Below, piece after piece: positions 35,610 to 46,387 of a stretch of DNA of 64,000 nt. Under the pieces are notes generated by a model. The model was given only the letters and a program-made list of their open reading frames with translations. It made no database searches and had not been told where the DNA came from. Every line of letters starts with the position of its first letter. The first letter of the stretch is position 1. The DNA is from Nemertoderma westbladi (taxonomy: Eukaryota; Animalia; Xenacoelomorpha). A program made the translations under genes and the position numbers. The DNA lies in the NCBI GenBank assembly GCA_032718475.1, contig JAUCBJ010008071.1, positions 19,829 to 83,828 of the forward strand. The letters run 5' to 3'.

Positions 35610-37862
35610 ATGACGGAGTTGATAGAAGATGATCTTGGTATTAGGGAGCGATATACTCTACCTTTGCAAGCATTTGTGGATAGCTTAATACGCGGTGAAG
35701 CCGATCCAACCATTACGGAGGACGATGGTCGTTATATCGAACCGCCGATGTCCCAAGAGCAACTTGCGCGTGAATTGGATTATCGAAAATTCACCGCTCG
35801 CTATACGAATCGTAAGGGTACGTATATGGACTTCTTAACTACCGGCCATCCTATCGATTTACATGATACGGACGATGTAGATACAGAGAGGGAAATGGTT
35901 CTATTTAAATATCATACCCAGCGGAGTCGTAACGATAAACCGAGAATAGATCACGAAAATTCTATTCGTAATAGACTGGAAAGAGAAAACGTTGAAGAAC
36001 CGGATAAACGCATCGACTTCAACGAATACCTAGAATTTTTGAGAGAAACCTATCTCAACATCGCCAGTCAGCAGAACCTAGAGACTCGATATCCTCAAGG
36101 TATACATCATGACCCTGTGGTAGAACTCAAACGGCTCTATTTCACGATGATGTATCTTACCGCCGATCGTCCACTACCTGTTATCCCGGATAGTTTTGAA
36201 CAAATGGAAGAATATTGCAAAACTGGAGAACGATCACCCGCGTTTCCTCTACAGGACGTACGTCTTTGGTATTATTGTGACGAATGCCCTAGACCCAACC
36301 AACAAACTGAAAGACACAAACAACCGCGGAGACGTTGCGCTAAACACAGCTTTACGCGTTACACTTACGGGAGTTTCGAGCGAAACCTGTTCGACGTACC
36401 ACCTACGATCGCTCGTCTTAAACGATCACTGAATAAACCCATGATCAGAGTTCCGGAATACTCGGTCAGGCCTCCTCATTCCCTAGTGAGACCTCAAACT
36501 CTTGATCCTAACAGTATCACTGATCCTCCCGAACTATATTCCCTGTTCAAAGACTTAGTGTTACCCGAACAATTAATCGGTGGTGCTCCGGTAGTGGGTT
36601 CGTTAGACATTCGCCCATCCTACTTAGCCGGATTGGGACGCGGGCAGCTAATATCGCCCTTTGATCCTTACAATCGTCCAGGATTAAACCCGATGCAACC
36701 CGCCACGGAAGTCGAGGAGAGCGTTATAAGAAACGCTTTAGACGCTATTCGACAGAAGATCGGAAAGGGAACACAAGATTGTTTAGAGAAACGTAAATTA
36801 CAACAACAAGTCCAATCGGTGAAGGAGTTAGCCTTGCCACAGTTCGATAGAGAAATCCAAAACCTCGAGGAAGACATCGAGCTTGGACGCACGTATTCTC
36901 TACAAGAATTTTTAGATGAACGCTTACAGAGACAAGCGGAAGAAAATCTACTCGAGGAGAAACACACGAAAATGGACGAGAGAGAAGAAGCCGCTTTAGC
37001 CCAACCTGAAGCTCAAATCCTTATGACGGACCTCTACTCTCAAACCATTCGTCATCCCTCGATGATTCCACATTTCGGAGACAAACTTTTCGCGACGATA
37101 CAACCTCAACCGGTTGATATCAGTACAGGATCGCAAAATCTTATCGCTGACGCCCCTATGTTACAGCGTCCGCCGATAGAGGCCGCTCGTGTTGACGGTA
37201 TACTCGTTGAACCTCCGGACAATCGAGCAGATCTTGTCCGTCGTATGGTACACGATGTCAACATACGCGCTAGACCTTTACAGAACTCGTTTTATGGGAT
37301 TAAAGACCACCCTTATTACGTTAATCTGACTCAATATTATATGGTAAAACCAGAAGACCCGACGCATAATTTAAAGTTTCCACCACTGATAAATCCTCTA
37401 GACATTGTCGAACTCGAACAATTGCAGAAACATCTGGATCAGTTAGTAAAAGTAAACTCATTTAGAAAACCATATAACATTTCTAGAATCGAGAAAGATA
37501 TAGAACCCCCTTATAATCTCGATGGATTTATTAAAACTCGATTAGTCCATTGGAATCTAGATGTATTATTTGAAGAAGAGAAAATACAAAGATATGGAAA
37601 TGTGGAGTCGTATACCACTCGGCACATGAAGTATAGTGATCTCCCTGACGCTAACCAATGCGCCACCTTGTGGCATCCAGTAGGGATGACCCTAGAGAAC
37701 GCCACCAAGGAGTGGAATGAAACTCTTAATGTTATTGAGATGTATGGAGTTGTCACCTACGATAATGAAGGTAGCGTTCCGGTCGGAGAACTAGGAACTA
37801 CGCGCATGATCCACATACGCGGATTAGCTGGTTCTACCCACGTGTTTACTCGACGTGATTGA
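35610..37862 (+). CDS. BEL extra ORF, N-terminal part (unknown function)
   Basis: 750-codon ATG-initiated ORF on the element's strand; hydrophilic, CDEC..CAKH motif, coiled-coil-like stretch; stops at a GATT tandem duplication. Confidence 0.8.
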   Translation: MTELIEDDLGIRERYTLPLQAFVDSLIRGEADPTITEDDGRYIEPPMSQEQLARELDYRKFTARYTNRKGTYMDFLTTGHPIDLHDTDDVDTEREMVLFKYHTQRSRNDKPRIDHENSIRNRLERENVEEPDKRIDFNEYLEFLRETYLNIASQQNLETRYPQGIHHDPVVELKRLYFTMMYLTADRPLPVIPDSFEQMEEYCKTGERSPAFPLQDVRLWYYCDECPRPNQQTERHKQPRRRCAKHSFTRYTYGSFERNLFDVPPTIARLKRSLNKPMIRVPEYSVRPPHSLVRPQTLDPNSITDPPELYSLFKDLVLPEQLIGGAPVVGSLDIRPSYLAGLGRGQLISPFDPYNRPGLNPMQPATEVEESVIRNALDAIRQKIGKGTQDCLEKRKLQQQVQSVKELALPQFDREIQNLEEDIELGRTYSLQEFLDERLQRQAEENLLEEKHTKMDEREEAALAQPEAQILMTDLYSQTIRHPSMIPHFGDKLFATIQPQPVDISTGSQNLIADAPMLQRPPIEAARVDGILVEPPDNRADLVRRMVHDVNIRARPLQNSFYGIKDHPYYVNLTQYYMVKPEDPTHNLKFPPLINPLDIVELEQLQKHLDQLVKVNSFRKPYNISRIEKDIEPPYNLDGFIKTRLVHWNLDVLFEEEKIQRYGNVESYTTRHMKYSDLPDANQCATLWHPVGMTLENATKEWNETLNVIEMYGVVTYDNEGSVPVGELGTTRMIHIRGLAGSTHVFTRRD

Positions 37863-39852
37863 TTATTCCTTTGAAACTCTCACCGAAACACAAAGGAATC
37901 TCCGACATGGACAATTCGAACTCGCGCAGCGTTACGTCATTGACACCGAACGCAAACCGGCCATGGGTATCGATGGATCGATGTTACCCCAGCCCGCACT
38001 CGAGATGTTGTTCAACGAAAGAATCCTTAAAATCGGCTCAGCTGTTTATGGAGATCTCCAAAACGACTTTCGGAATATGGAGAACATTCCATACCCTTTC
38101 GTTGATACTCAGCTGATTGCTCCCTGGGCAGAAGGTCGAGGTTTCTTCCGCACCATGTATGCTAATACGTCTAGCAACATTACAAAGGTGCAACGAACTT
38201 CCATCGGACATCTTGCCTTTCAGGAATACGGATGGAATTTCAAAGTCGGAAATCCCATTAACTATCAACAAGTATACGGAGACCATTATTCTCGATTATA
38301 CTTTGATGGACCATTGACCGCACCTGGCGCCGTGTATAGCTTCATGAGTGTTCCACTCCGTCCCTCCTTAGCTATATACACGATCTTTGAAAACACCGCA
38401 CTTGCCGGTTGGCTAGCCGATGTGTGCAGTCGTACTATACGCGCCCATCCATTAATACTTGGGACCAAACTCGCTAAGCTAGATGAACATAATAAATTCA
38501 TCCGCTTCGAATGTTTCCGGCGATTTTTAACCCCATTCCGCAACGTGGATAGCCAATTTAAAGACCGCGCTTTGACCAAGCTCAGCCTAAGAAACTCAGC
38601 TGCAGAGAAGTTGGATAGCGCTGGATTCGCCATTTTCAAAGAGATTTGTATATCGAACTTGCACTCCTCTGTTATACAAAGACCTCGAATCCCCACAGGT
38701 TATTCTGTCGTGGAAATTCAGACAATAGGTCCACCTGAAGAGACAGACACGCCCACCTCAGCTATGCACTTGGAAGACGAACCAATATGTCTAGAATCTG
38801 AGGAGATTCAGCCTATCGCGCCCCGGAACAGCGACAATGATTACATCATAGAATGGTATCAAGGTCCACAGTGTCTCACTGCGTACGATTATCGACATGC
38901 CAACTATGTTTCTAGGCAACGTTGTCGGTTATGCGCATCGAGAGACCATGATACGCCCATGGACACAAACGTCCGCTGTTCCTATTTCCAAGAACAACCG
39001 ACTATGGAAATTTATTGCGCATATTGCAGACTCAATAACTTGCACATTTTTGCGGTTTGCCCTCAATTTATGACTCAATGTCACCATTGTCAACTAAAGG
39101 GACACGCCAGTTTCGATTGCCCTTTTAATCGCGATTTGGAAAGCGTAGATGAAATGATCACACTACGTTACATCAGAGTTTGGGAAGCGAACGCTGATTT
39201 ACATTGTGATTCGCGCCATCGTTATTATCCTGGACGCGCTTACGAAGGAGTTTATGCGTTCCATCCTTATCTATTCGCTTCTGTCGAACAGAAATCACGC
39301 ATATCGAGTTACGAGCTACTGAAGCGCGTCGGAGAATGTATTTCAACCAAATTCGTACGCAAATTTCTCAGGAGTGTTAATCCTAGCGACCTTCATTCCT
39401 ATAACTTAATCAATTATATCCGTCAGGATCCGGACTATGGAGACTTATTTGTTAACTCACACCCCGAGTTACAGGAAGTATATCGACGGCCTTACGAATA
39501 CCGAGCCCGCGAACGCGAGTTGGAAAGAACCATTAAACCCCGGAGGTTTCTAACTGCCTATGGTCCACCCACGGCTCTCGTTCAGACCACTCGTAAAGGA
39601 CCCGTAAGAGCGGCTGTCTTAAAACGAGCTCTCAAAGCCGTTAGACCCCTCTCCCCCGACGTTGATGTCAATCAACCCGGTACTTCGACTGGCGGATACA
39701 CCGACCATAATCCTACACCCTCTGATGCAATCATATTGCACCCTTCACCCAGGAGTTATAGCCCTCCTTGTAAAGTGGCTCGCCCCAAAGAGAAAAAGAC
39801 TCTGGCTAGCTTTAAAAAACTGCGTAAACGCCGTCCGCGCAAGAAAGACTAA
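37855..39852 (+). CDS. BEL extra ORF, C-terminal part with three zinc-knuckle-like motifs and a basic tail
   Basis: 665 codons in the +1 frame with no ATG at the start; CRLCASRDH-X9-C, CAYCRLNNLHIFAVC, CHHCQLKGHASFDC; ends KKLRKRRPRKKD about 70 bp before the PPT. Confidence 0.8.
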   Translation: MIDYSFETLTETQRNLRHGQFELAQRYVIDTERKPAMGIDGSMLPQPALEMLFNERILKIGSAVYGDLQNDFRNMENIPYPFVDTQLIAPWAEGRGFFRTMYANTSSNITKVQRTSIGHLAFQEYGWNFKVGNPINYQQVYGDHYSRLYFDGPLTAPGAVYSFMSVPLRPSLAIYTIFENTALAGWLADVCSRTIRAHPLILGTKLAKLDEHNKFIRFECFRRFLTPFRNVDSQFKDRALTKLSLRNSAAEKLDSAGFAIFKEICISNLHSSVIQRPRIPTGYSVVEIQTIGPPEETDTPTSAMHLEDEPICLESEEIQPIAPRNSDNDYIIEWYQGPQCLTAYDYRHANYVSRQRCRLCASRDHDTPMDTNVRCSYFQEQPTMEIYCAYCRLNNLHIFAVCPQFMTQCHHCQLKGHASFDCPFNRDLESVDEMITLRYIRVWEANADLHCDSRHRYYPGRAYEGVYAFHPYLFASVEQKSRISSYELLKRVGECISTKFVRKFLRSVNPSDLHSYNLINYIRQDPDYGDLFVNSHPELQEVYRRPYEYRARERELERTIKPRRFLTAYGPPTALVQTTRKGPVRAAVLKRALKAVRPLSPDVDVNQPGTSTGGYTDHNPTPSDAIILHPSPRSYSPPCKVARPKEKKTLASFKKLRKRRPRKKD

Positions 39853-39930
39853 CTGTTTAGAGTATTTACATATATTAGAAACTGTGATTTTTGTATATTT
39901 ATAAACTTGAATCCCATTTTCTGGGAGCGG

Positions 39931-41079
39931 TGTAAACTTTATAAGTCCCCCTCGTCCGCAAAGTACCGTTATAGGTGTTTTAACGGACATAAAAGTCATT
40001 CTTCTGTATGTGTGCTTTGGCGGACATGGTAAGGCAAAAAACCCGCAATGCGTCAAATACCCTGGCACAGCTTAGCCTTGATGATTCAGATTACGACATC
40101 TAACAGCTGGTTGCTGACATGGAAACGGCCATTGGACACATGGTTCTTTGTTTAGCTTAACAGCCAATCAGAGCGATTTTTTCTGTCGATGTGGAGATAT
40201 TTGGCAGATCATGCTAGGAGTGTTCAGTCTTACTGTTTTTTCTTGATACTGTTTTGTTGTTTCTATCTAGGCCAGGAACACCGGCTCTAGAGTCAATTCG
40301 TTTCAGACTTTAGAAGAAACATTAGTAGGCTTAGATTATAGAGCGTATAACTATTATCTTAACAACTCAATCGGCACATATATTGTCATATCATATCTTA
40401 ACCTACCGTCTTAATGCTTTTTACTGTTGTTATTATTTTGTATCAGTTGGTTGAATATTATTTGGAGAACATCTATAAAGAACCCAAATTTCCCAATTTT
40501 CTTGATACACTACAGGTTAGAGAGACAGGTTACATATAGCGATTGCGACTTATATTATTGTGGTTTGTAGTGAATTTAATGCTATTTGATAATCACTACA
40601 TGAGTCAATTGCTGTTCTCTTTATATATGATAAAATTCATTGACAGTCGGCAGATTAGTGTGCATGATTGTGACTGATAACTAAGCATTTCCTAAAGAAT
40701 GCGCCTCATACGTGAATCATAAGCCTTACCGACTTACCGTTGTGTTTAGTATAAGTCATATCTCTGTTTACCTAGATAGAGCGTCACGTCCTAAAGGAAC
40801 TGTTAATATTTCCCGAAAGTGAATAATATTGGTCAGAAATTATTTATTAACGATCAATCGAATAATACAGTAAGCTTACACTGCAATAACAATCTAAGCC
40901 CTCCGAATCCAGTCTCCCGGGTATATCCAGCGGGTGAATGGACGCGCACTAGGCTGGCTTCGGCTAATGTTGTGTTTATTGGTATTAAATACTTGTCATA
41001 TTCTAAAGTCTATTTATAAACCAAAAGACATATAAATTTTGGCAGGTTAAACTGCTAAAGGTCTTCAAAAGCGCGTACA
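39931..41079 (+). repeat. BEL 3' LTR (~1.15 kb)
   Basis: Starts TGTAAAC right after TGGGAGCGG and ends GCGTACA; its last 175 bp match the 5' remnant. The exact 3' end is ambiguous by a few bases. Confidence 0.75.
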
Positions 41080-43129
41080 ATTATTGAACTCTGGTATGAT
41101 TATTGATTATGTGAATTATTGCCTAATACATTGAATTGGGTAAACTAAAAAATAATACATACACATACCAACGAACCAACAACATGCATAGAATCTAGTA
41201 ATTGTTATATTGTTATCAATATTTCAATATTTTTATTATTAATTAAACAAGGAAATGCATTTTTCACATTTTAAATAAATTTACCCCAAGATCCCGTTGT
41301 ACCATATATGGAACGTCTCTAAACTGAATGAAGATAATATGAACATTATTTAATTTTCATCTACTAGTTCATTTGTATCCCAATTAAGGTATTTTGACAA
41401 AAAAATAATTTTATTTACCACAGAAATTAATTCGGGATCGAAAGGGTTAATGAAGTATTAATTGCCATTTAGTATTAATAACATATAATAAGTTCATTGC
41501 AATTTCAAAACATTGAAACTATAATTTTCCGATTTTAAGACAAAATTAGGATGAAACTTTAAGTATCTCTTTGTGGTCCTATGGAATCTGAACCGGTTAT
41601 TACGTTACGGTATTTTCGGTAATACGCAATTATTTTTTTCGGAATACAGTAACGTAACGTAATTTGGAAATTATTCCGTAACGTAATACCGTAACGTAAC
41701 GTAACGTAAAACTGTAACTTGCCAATGATACGAGATAAAAGCAGTTAATTATGTTAGTTGCAGTAAAAAAAACGGCATTTTCAGCTTTTCCAATATAGTT
41801 TCTAATTAATTAAAGTGATTTGCCTTAAGAGATTTGTTTTTTTAAATTGATCTAAACATAATTTACTTAATAAAATGCCCCTTTTCTCCACCAGGGTTTT
41901 TTCTAAATATGTTTTAGAGAAATTTTTAAATGAAAATAGCGATTTCTAAATTTTTTAATTTGTTTAGAAATATTTATAAAACTAAAAATTGAAAGTAACA
42001 AATTTTTTTACTTTACAGAGTTTGAAATAGAAACACCTATAAATCAGAAATTAATATTACTTAATACATTAGCCATATTTAATTTTTGTTTGTCACCAAA
42101 ATCGACCTTGAAACTCTAAATCTAATTCATCATCATCAGTTTCAGTTATACCATGGAAACTGGACGCAATTCCCGCCTTGGCGAATTAATATCCCGCCTC
42201 AATGTTAAATTCTCAAGTTAGGGAAAGAATCAGGTTACAGTGACACGATATTTTAACCTAAACAATAAACTAAACACAAAGGAACAGGTTACAGTTTTAT
42301 TTTTAAGAGTAAATCAGCTGTTATTTGCGTCGAATTTCCCCTGGAGAAGGATGAATTTTTATTTCGTCCAGTTTCCCCCTTATCTGACCATGGAATACTC
42401 CATAGTATTCCATGGTTTTACCAATTCCTATAATATCAGATGAACTCATTTGTGGTATTATTTTACGTAGATTGACATAGACTGCATACAATCATTACAG
42501 TCTAAGAGTGTTTCACTGTCATTCCCGTAATTTAAAGTCTTTTTAGAGCACTTTTAAAGGAAACTTATGAAAAATAATGGCTGTAGTTGATTAGGTGCAG
42601 TTAGCTGAGGCTGTGGGTCGTATCGTTACAGTAGAAAAGGACCAAGTGCGAACGGGAGGTAATTTTACCTGGAACTTTAGGCATTCAATTTAGGCATTCA
42701 ACCTGACCTGGGTGAATGAAAACGGCAACATTGGAAGTTTTAAATTACCTTGATAGTTTTGGAAATGCATTTACATGCGCTAAATAATGAAACCTGGGTG
42801 TTTTTTAATATAGAAATCCGTTTAAATTGAAGCCATCTGTTATTGGTTACGGTATCAATTATGATAAAATAACATTACCAATAATCTGCCTACAGAATAT
42901 ATGATACTGAACTAGAGAAGTTAATTGAGCGTTATGATAATAATTTGAACAAATTTCCCCTCCAGTTCTTTATGTAACAAAGAAAATATAAGCATTTAAT
43001 TGAATTTCAACAACAAGAACTTTAAACGTATTTATCTCAAAATTGTTTGTTCCGCGTGGCGAGACCTCTAGTATTCACTCAGTTGTTGTTGTTAATTTCT
43101 CGTTAGATTTTGGTATTAAGAATTGATGC

Positions 43130-43202
43130 GGCCCCTGTGGCTCAGTTGGCAGAGCGTGGTATTTTGAATCTCTAGGTACCGGATTCAATCCCCCATTCCG
43201 GT
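43130..43202 (+). repeat. tRNA-derived (SINE head or pseudo-tRNA) sequence
   Basis: A-box TGGCTCAGTTGG and degenerate B-box GGATTCAATCC; acceptor and anticodon stems do not pair. Confidence 0.45.
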
Positions 43203-43340
43203 GAATGTTTTTTGTTGTAAGATTGGTAGTAGGATAGAGACAGTTCATGCGTTAGTAAACGCGGACCTTTGTGAGATTTCTCGCTATTTCTCTTAAAATT
43301 ACCGGATATACTGTACGTAAAAATAAAGTTGAAAACAAGC

Positions 43341-43524
43341 AATACAGCAGTAATACAGCAGTAATACAGCAGTAATACAGCAGTAATACAGCAGTAATAC
43401 AGCAGTAATACAGCAGTAATACAGCAGTAATACAGCAGTAATACAGCAGTAATACAGCAGTAATACAGCAGTAATACAGCAGTAATACAGCAGTAATACA
43501 GCAGTAATACAGCAGTAATACAGC
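43341..43524 (+). repeat. 11-bp minisatellite (AATACAGCAGT)n, ~16-17 copies
   Basis: Perfect tandem array. Confidence 0.95.
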
Positions 43525-45432
43525 ATGGCTTGCTTTTCATTTGCACAATTTATTCATTATTTTGGTTTCCTAAAGATTTATTTTTTAGATTTTCTAAACT
43601 TTTTCTGCTCTTTTAGAAACTTTTTCACAGTTTTGCAACAGGATCCCGATCCCGATGGTAAAATATCGGGATTTTTCGGGATTTGCTATATCTGAATTGA
43701 TGTTCCCTGCAGCTTAAAAGTTTGTAAAATTTTCTCAAAATGTACAATTTTTGCCTGTAACAAAACAAACATTTTTGTCAAAAAATTTGGGAGGATTTTC
43801 AATGGGTGATTGATAAGTTTATTGATATGGATGAGTCAAGATATGTAAGGAAATTTCCTAGACATTTTTCCGAAAGTTTCCTATTTTATTTTAATATTTA
43901 ATTTACTGAAATATCCTCATATTAATTATCGCATAAAAATAGTAATACGATTTGAACTAAAATTGTGATTGTGACTTTGTGTTTTGTCAATTTCATTATT
44001 AACTAGATCTTATAAATTGAACGCAATTTCGGAAATTAATACATTTTAACAATTAATCAATTTTAACTCTTTCACAATTTAATACTTCCTGCTATTTTGC
44101 CAGTTTATACACATGTAGAGTAAACACTAGAAACAATGTGATTCCTGCTTAGTTGTGTTGTGGTGATTCGTTGTCTTAGCTCTTGTGGTCGTAAAATAGT
44201 GAAGTATACTTTTCCGTAAATTTTCGGAAATTTCCTTGAAAAACGTATTATTCCGGAAAACTTACATCCCTAGTGATTGATGAGGCAATGATTGATTTAC
44301 ATAATTTTTAACTGATTTCTGAATCTGAATTTCATTCATTGAAAATTTATTAAATATTATAGATGAATGTCAATATTATAAATAATAGAAACACTTGTTG
44401 CTTTTTATTGAATAAGTGTCAGTGCATATAGAAACCGGACAATTCCGAGAAAAAATACTTTTTGAGTTCTGTATTGCATAAGAAGCTCATTTTAATTAGC
44501 TTTCTAATGCACCCACCCCCACCCACATGTCATTGCGACCCACAGTTCAAAAGTTACAAAAGAAATAGTGAAAGTTAATAAATGAAAATTTTATAATAGC
44601 AATTTTTAAATATTGATTATGCTCGAAAACTCTGTTTTTTAAATATAAGTAAATCTAACTGTCTCTGTTCATCTGTCTGTCTGTCAAAAATATAAAAGCA
44701 TTCTAGCTAACTAAGATTTTGTTGTGGTGGTATTTCTGGTCGGAGATTTCATTTTCGATGTCAGTTTCCATGCTTGAAGTGATCTAGACTGATCTGTGAT
44801 CTGGTCTGAAATCCATAAAACATGAAAACTGACATCGGAAATGAAATCACCACCCACAAATACCACCATAACCAAAATTTTAGCCAGCTAGAAATCTTCC
44901 TAATTTGTTTGACAGACAGACCGACAGTCCGACAGACATACAAACAGCATAAAACATAACAACTGACATCGGAAATGAATTCACCCTCCACAAATACCCC
45001 CATAACGAAAATTGTAGTCTGTTAGTAAACTTCCTTACATTTTTGACAGACAGTCAGACAGAGAGACCGACAGTCTGATAATGCCGACAAAACATAAAAT
45101 TTTATCAAAACTTTTGTAACGTTCAATGAAGAGAAACATACCTAGTGAACATGAACATATCTTGAAAAAAAAATGTAAACCATTTTTTTTAACTTCATTC
45201 TCCATTTTCTCAAAATGAATTCTGCCCGGAATTGTCTGGTTTATGCACAATATGCGCAGACACATATGATAAACATTTTTATGTGGCAACGATTCAGTCA
45301 GACTGCAGTAGGTAAGGTATATTAAAAATGACTGCAGTAGATTGTAAATGTATTAAAACGTTTCGGAGATTAAAAAATCGGAGATCGGAAAACGTTTAAG
45401 TAAAATGAAATACGTAGGCCTACGTGGGAAAT

Positions 45433-45662
45433 ACAGGCGGGGTAGCTCAGTTGGCTGAGCACCGGGCCTGCAATCTATTGGTTGTAGGTTCAGCCCCGCC
45501 AGGGTCCACTCAGCCTTTCATCCACTGGGGTCGATAAAATGAGTACCAGTTAAATAACTGAGAGCAAATCTTGGGATAGGAGTAGCGCCCAACCCTACCC
45601 TCGGGTTCGGGTAGCAGCTATCGAAAGAGGAGCCTTCGGCCTCAGCCTACTTTTTGCTTTTG
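45433..45662 (+). mobile_element. Complete Nin-domain SINE with 13-bp TSD
   Basis: tRNA head GGCGGGGTAGCTCAGTTGG, core CCACTCAGCCTTTCATCCACTGGGGTCGATAAAATGAGTACC; TSD CTACGTGGGAAAT at 45420-45432 and 45663-45675. Confidence 0.85.
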
Positions 45663-46387
45663 CTACGTGGGAAATTAATTACGTCTGTGAAGCATTTGAT
45701 AAAGTCAGTGGACATTTTTACAATCTAGGTATTTTTTAGAACATGAGATTTCTCAAAAGTATTTTTTACACCTATAAATAGGGCAGGGTAGATAGCTTTT
45801 TTAAGTTTTGTGGTGAGTTGAGTCGTAATAAAATTCAAAATCCCGATCCCGAAAATTGTGGATCGCGATCGCGCGGCAACACTAAAGTGAACATTTAAAA
45901 AACCTGCTCTCCACGCTGCTTTCATCTTTCTTTACCTTTCTCAACTCATTGCCCAATAATAATTTATTTGACATATAAATTGCTTGAATTAAAATCATTA
46001 GTTATTATTTAATAATAATAATAAATAAATTTAATAGTTTAAATATAATTAAATTATACATAAATAATACCGAGATGAGGTCGTCATCATCTCAGATATC
46101 ACAGTTTTTAATTATTTAACATTAATTACTATTATACTGACACAATGAATCACTTCCCAGTTCCCAGTCCCACCCGGTATAATAATGTTGGTAAAACTTT
46201 ATTTTCTTTATATTAAACTTTATAATAATAGGATTATTTGTTACGAGGATGCCTTAAAATTAGATAAATAATTTTATTGATACATTGATATGGTAAATTA
46301 ATTTAATAATATTTTAATATCATTATTATATTACGTTGTAATGTTAAACCTAATGTCTGAATCCCCCCCCCCCCCCCCCACACACAG

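Larger units (their letters stand above)
22163..41079 (+). mobile_element. BEL/Pao LTR retrotransposon (~19 kb) with a large extra ORF; 5' LTR truncated, gag-pol disabled
   Basis: 22163-22337 matches 40905-41079 (4 differences in 175 bp); gag with DUF1759-like region and triple zinc knuckle; PR-RT-RH-IN order; PPT-like TGGGAGCGG before a TGTA...TACA 3' LTR. Confidence 0.9.

Noticed and set aside
37851-37865. Programmed frameshift or translational coupling between the two extra ORFs
   Set aside because: No slippery heptamer and no ATG at the junction; a 4-bp duplication explains it more simply. Not fully excluded until other copies are seen.
35610-39852. env gene
   Set aside because: No signal peptide, no hydrophobic transmembrane segment, and Cys residues occur with His in zinc-ligand patterns.
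43130-43202. Functional tRNA gene
   Set aside because: Stems do not pair and the B-box is degenerate; treated as a SINE head or pseudogene.
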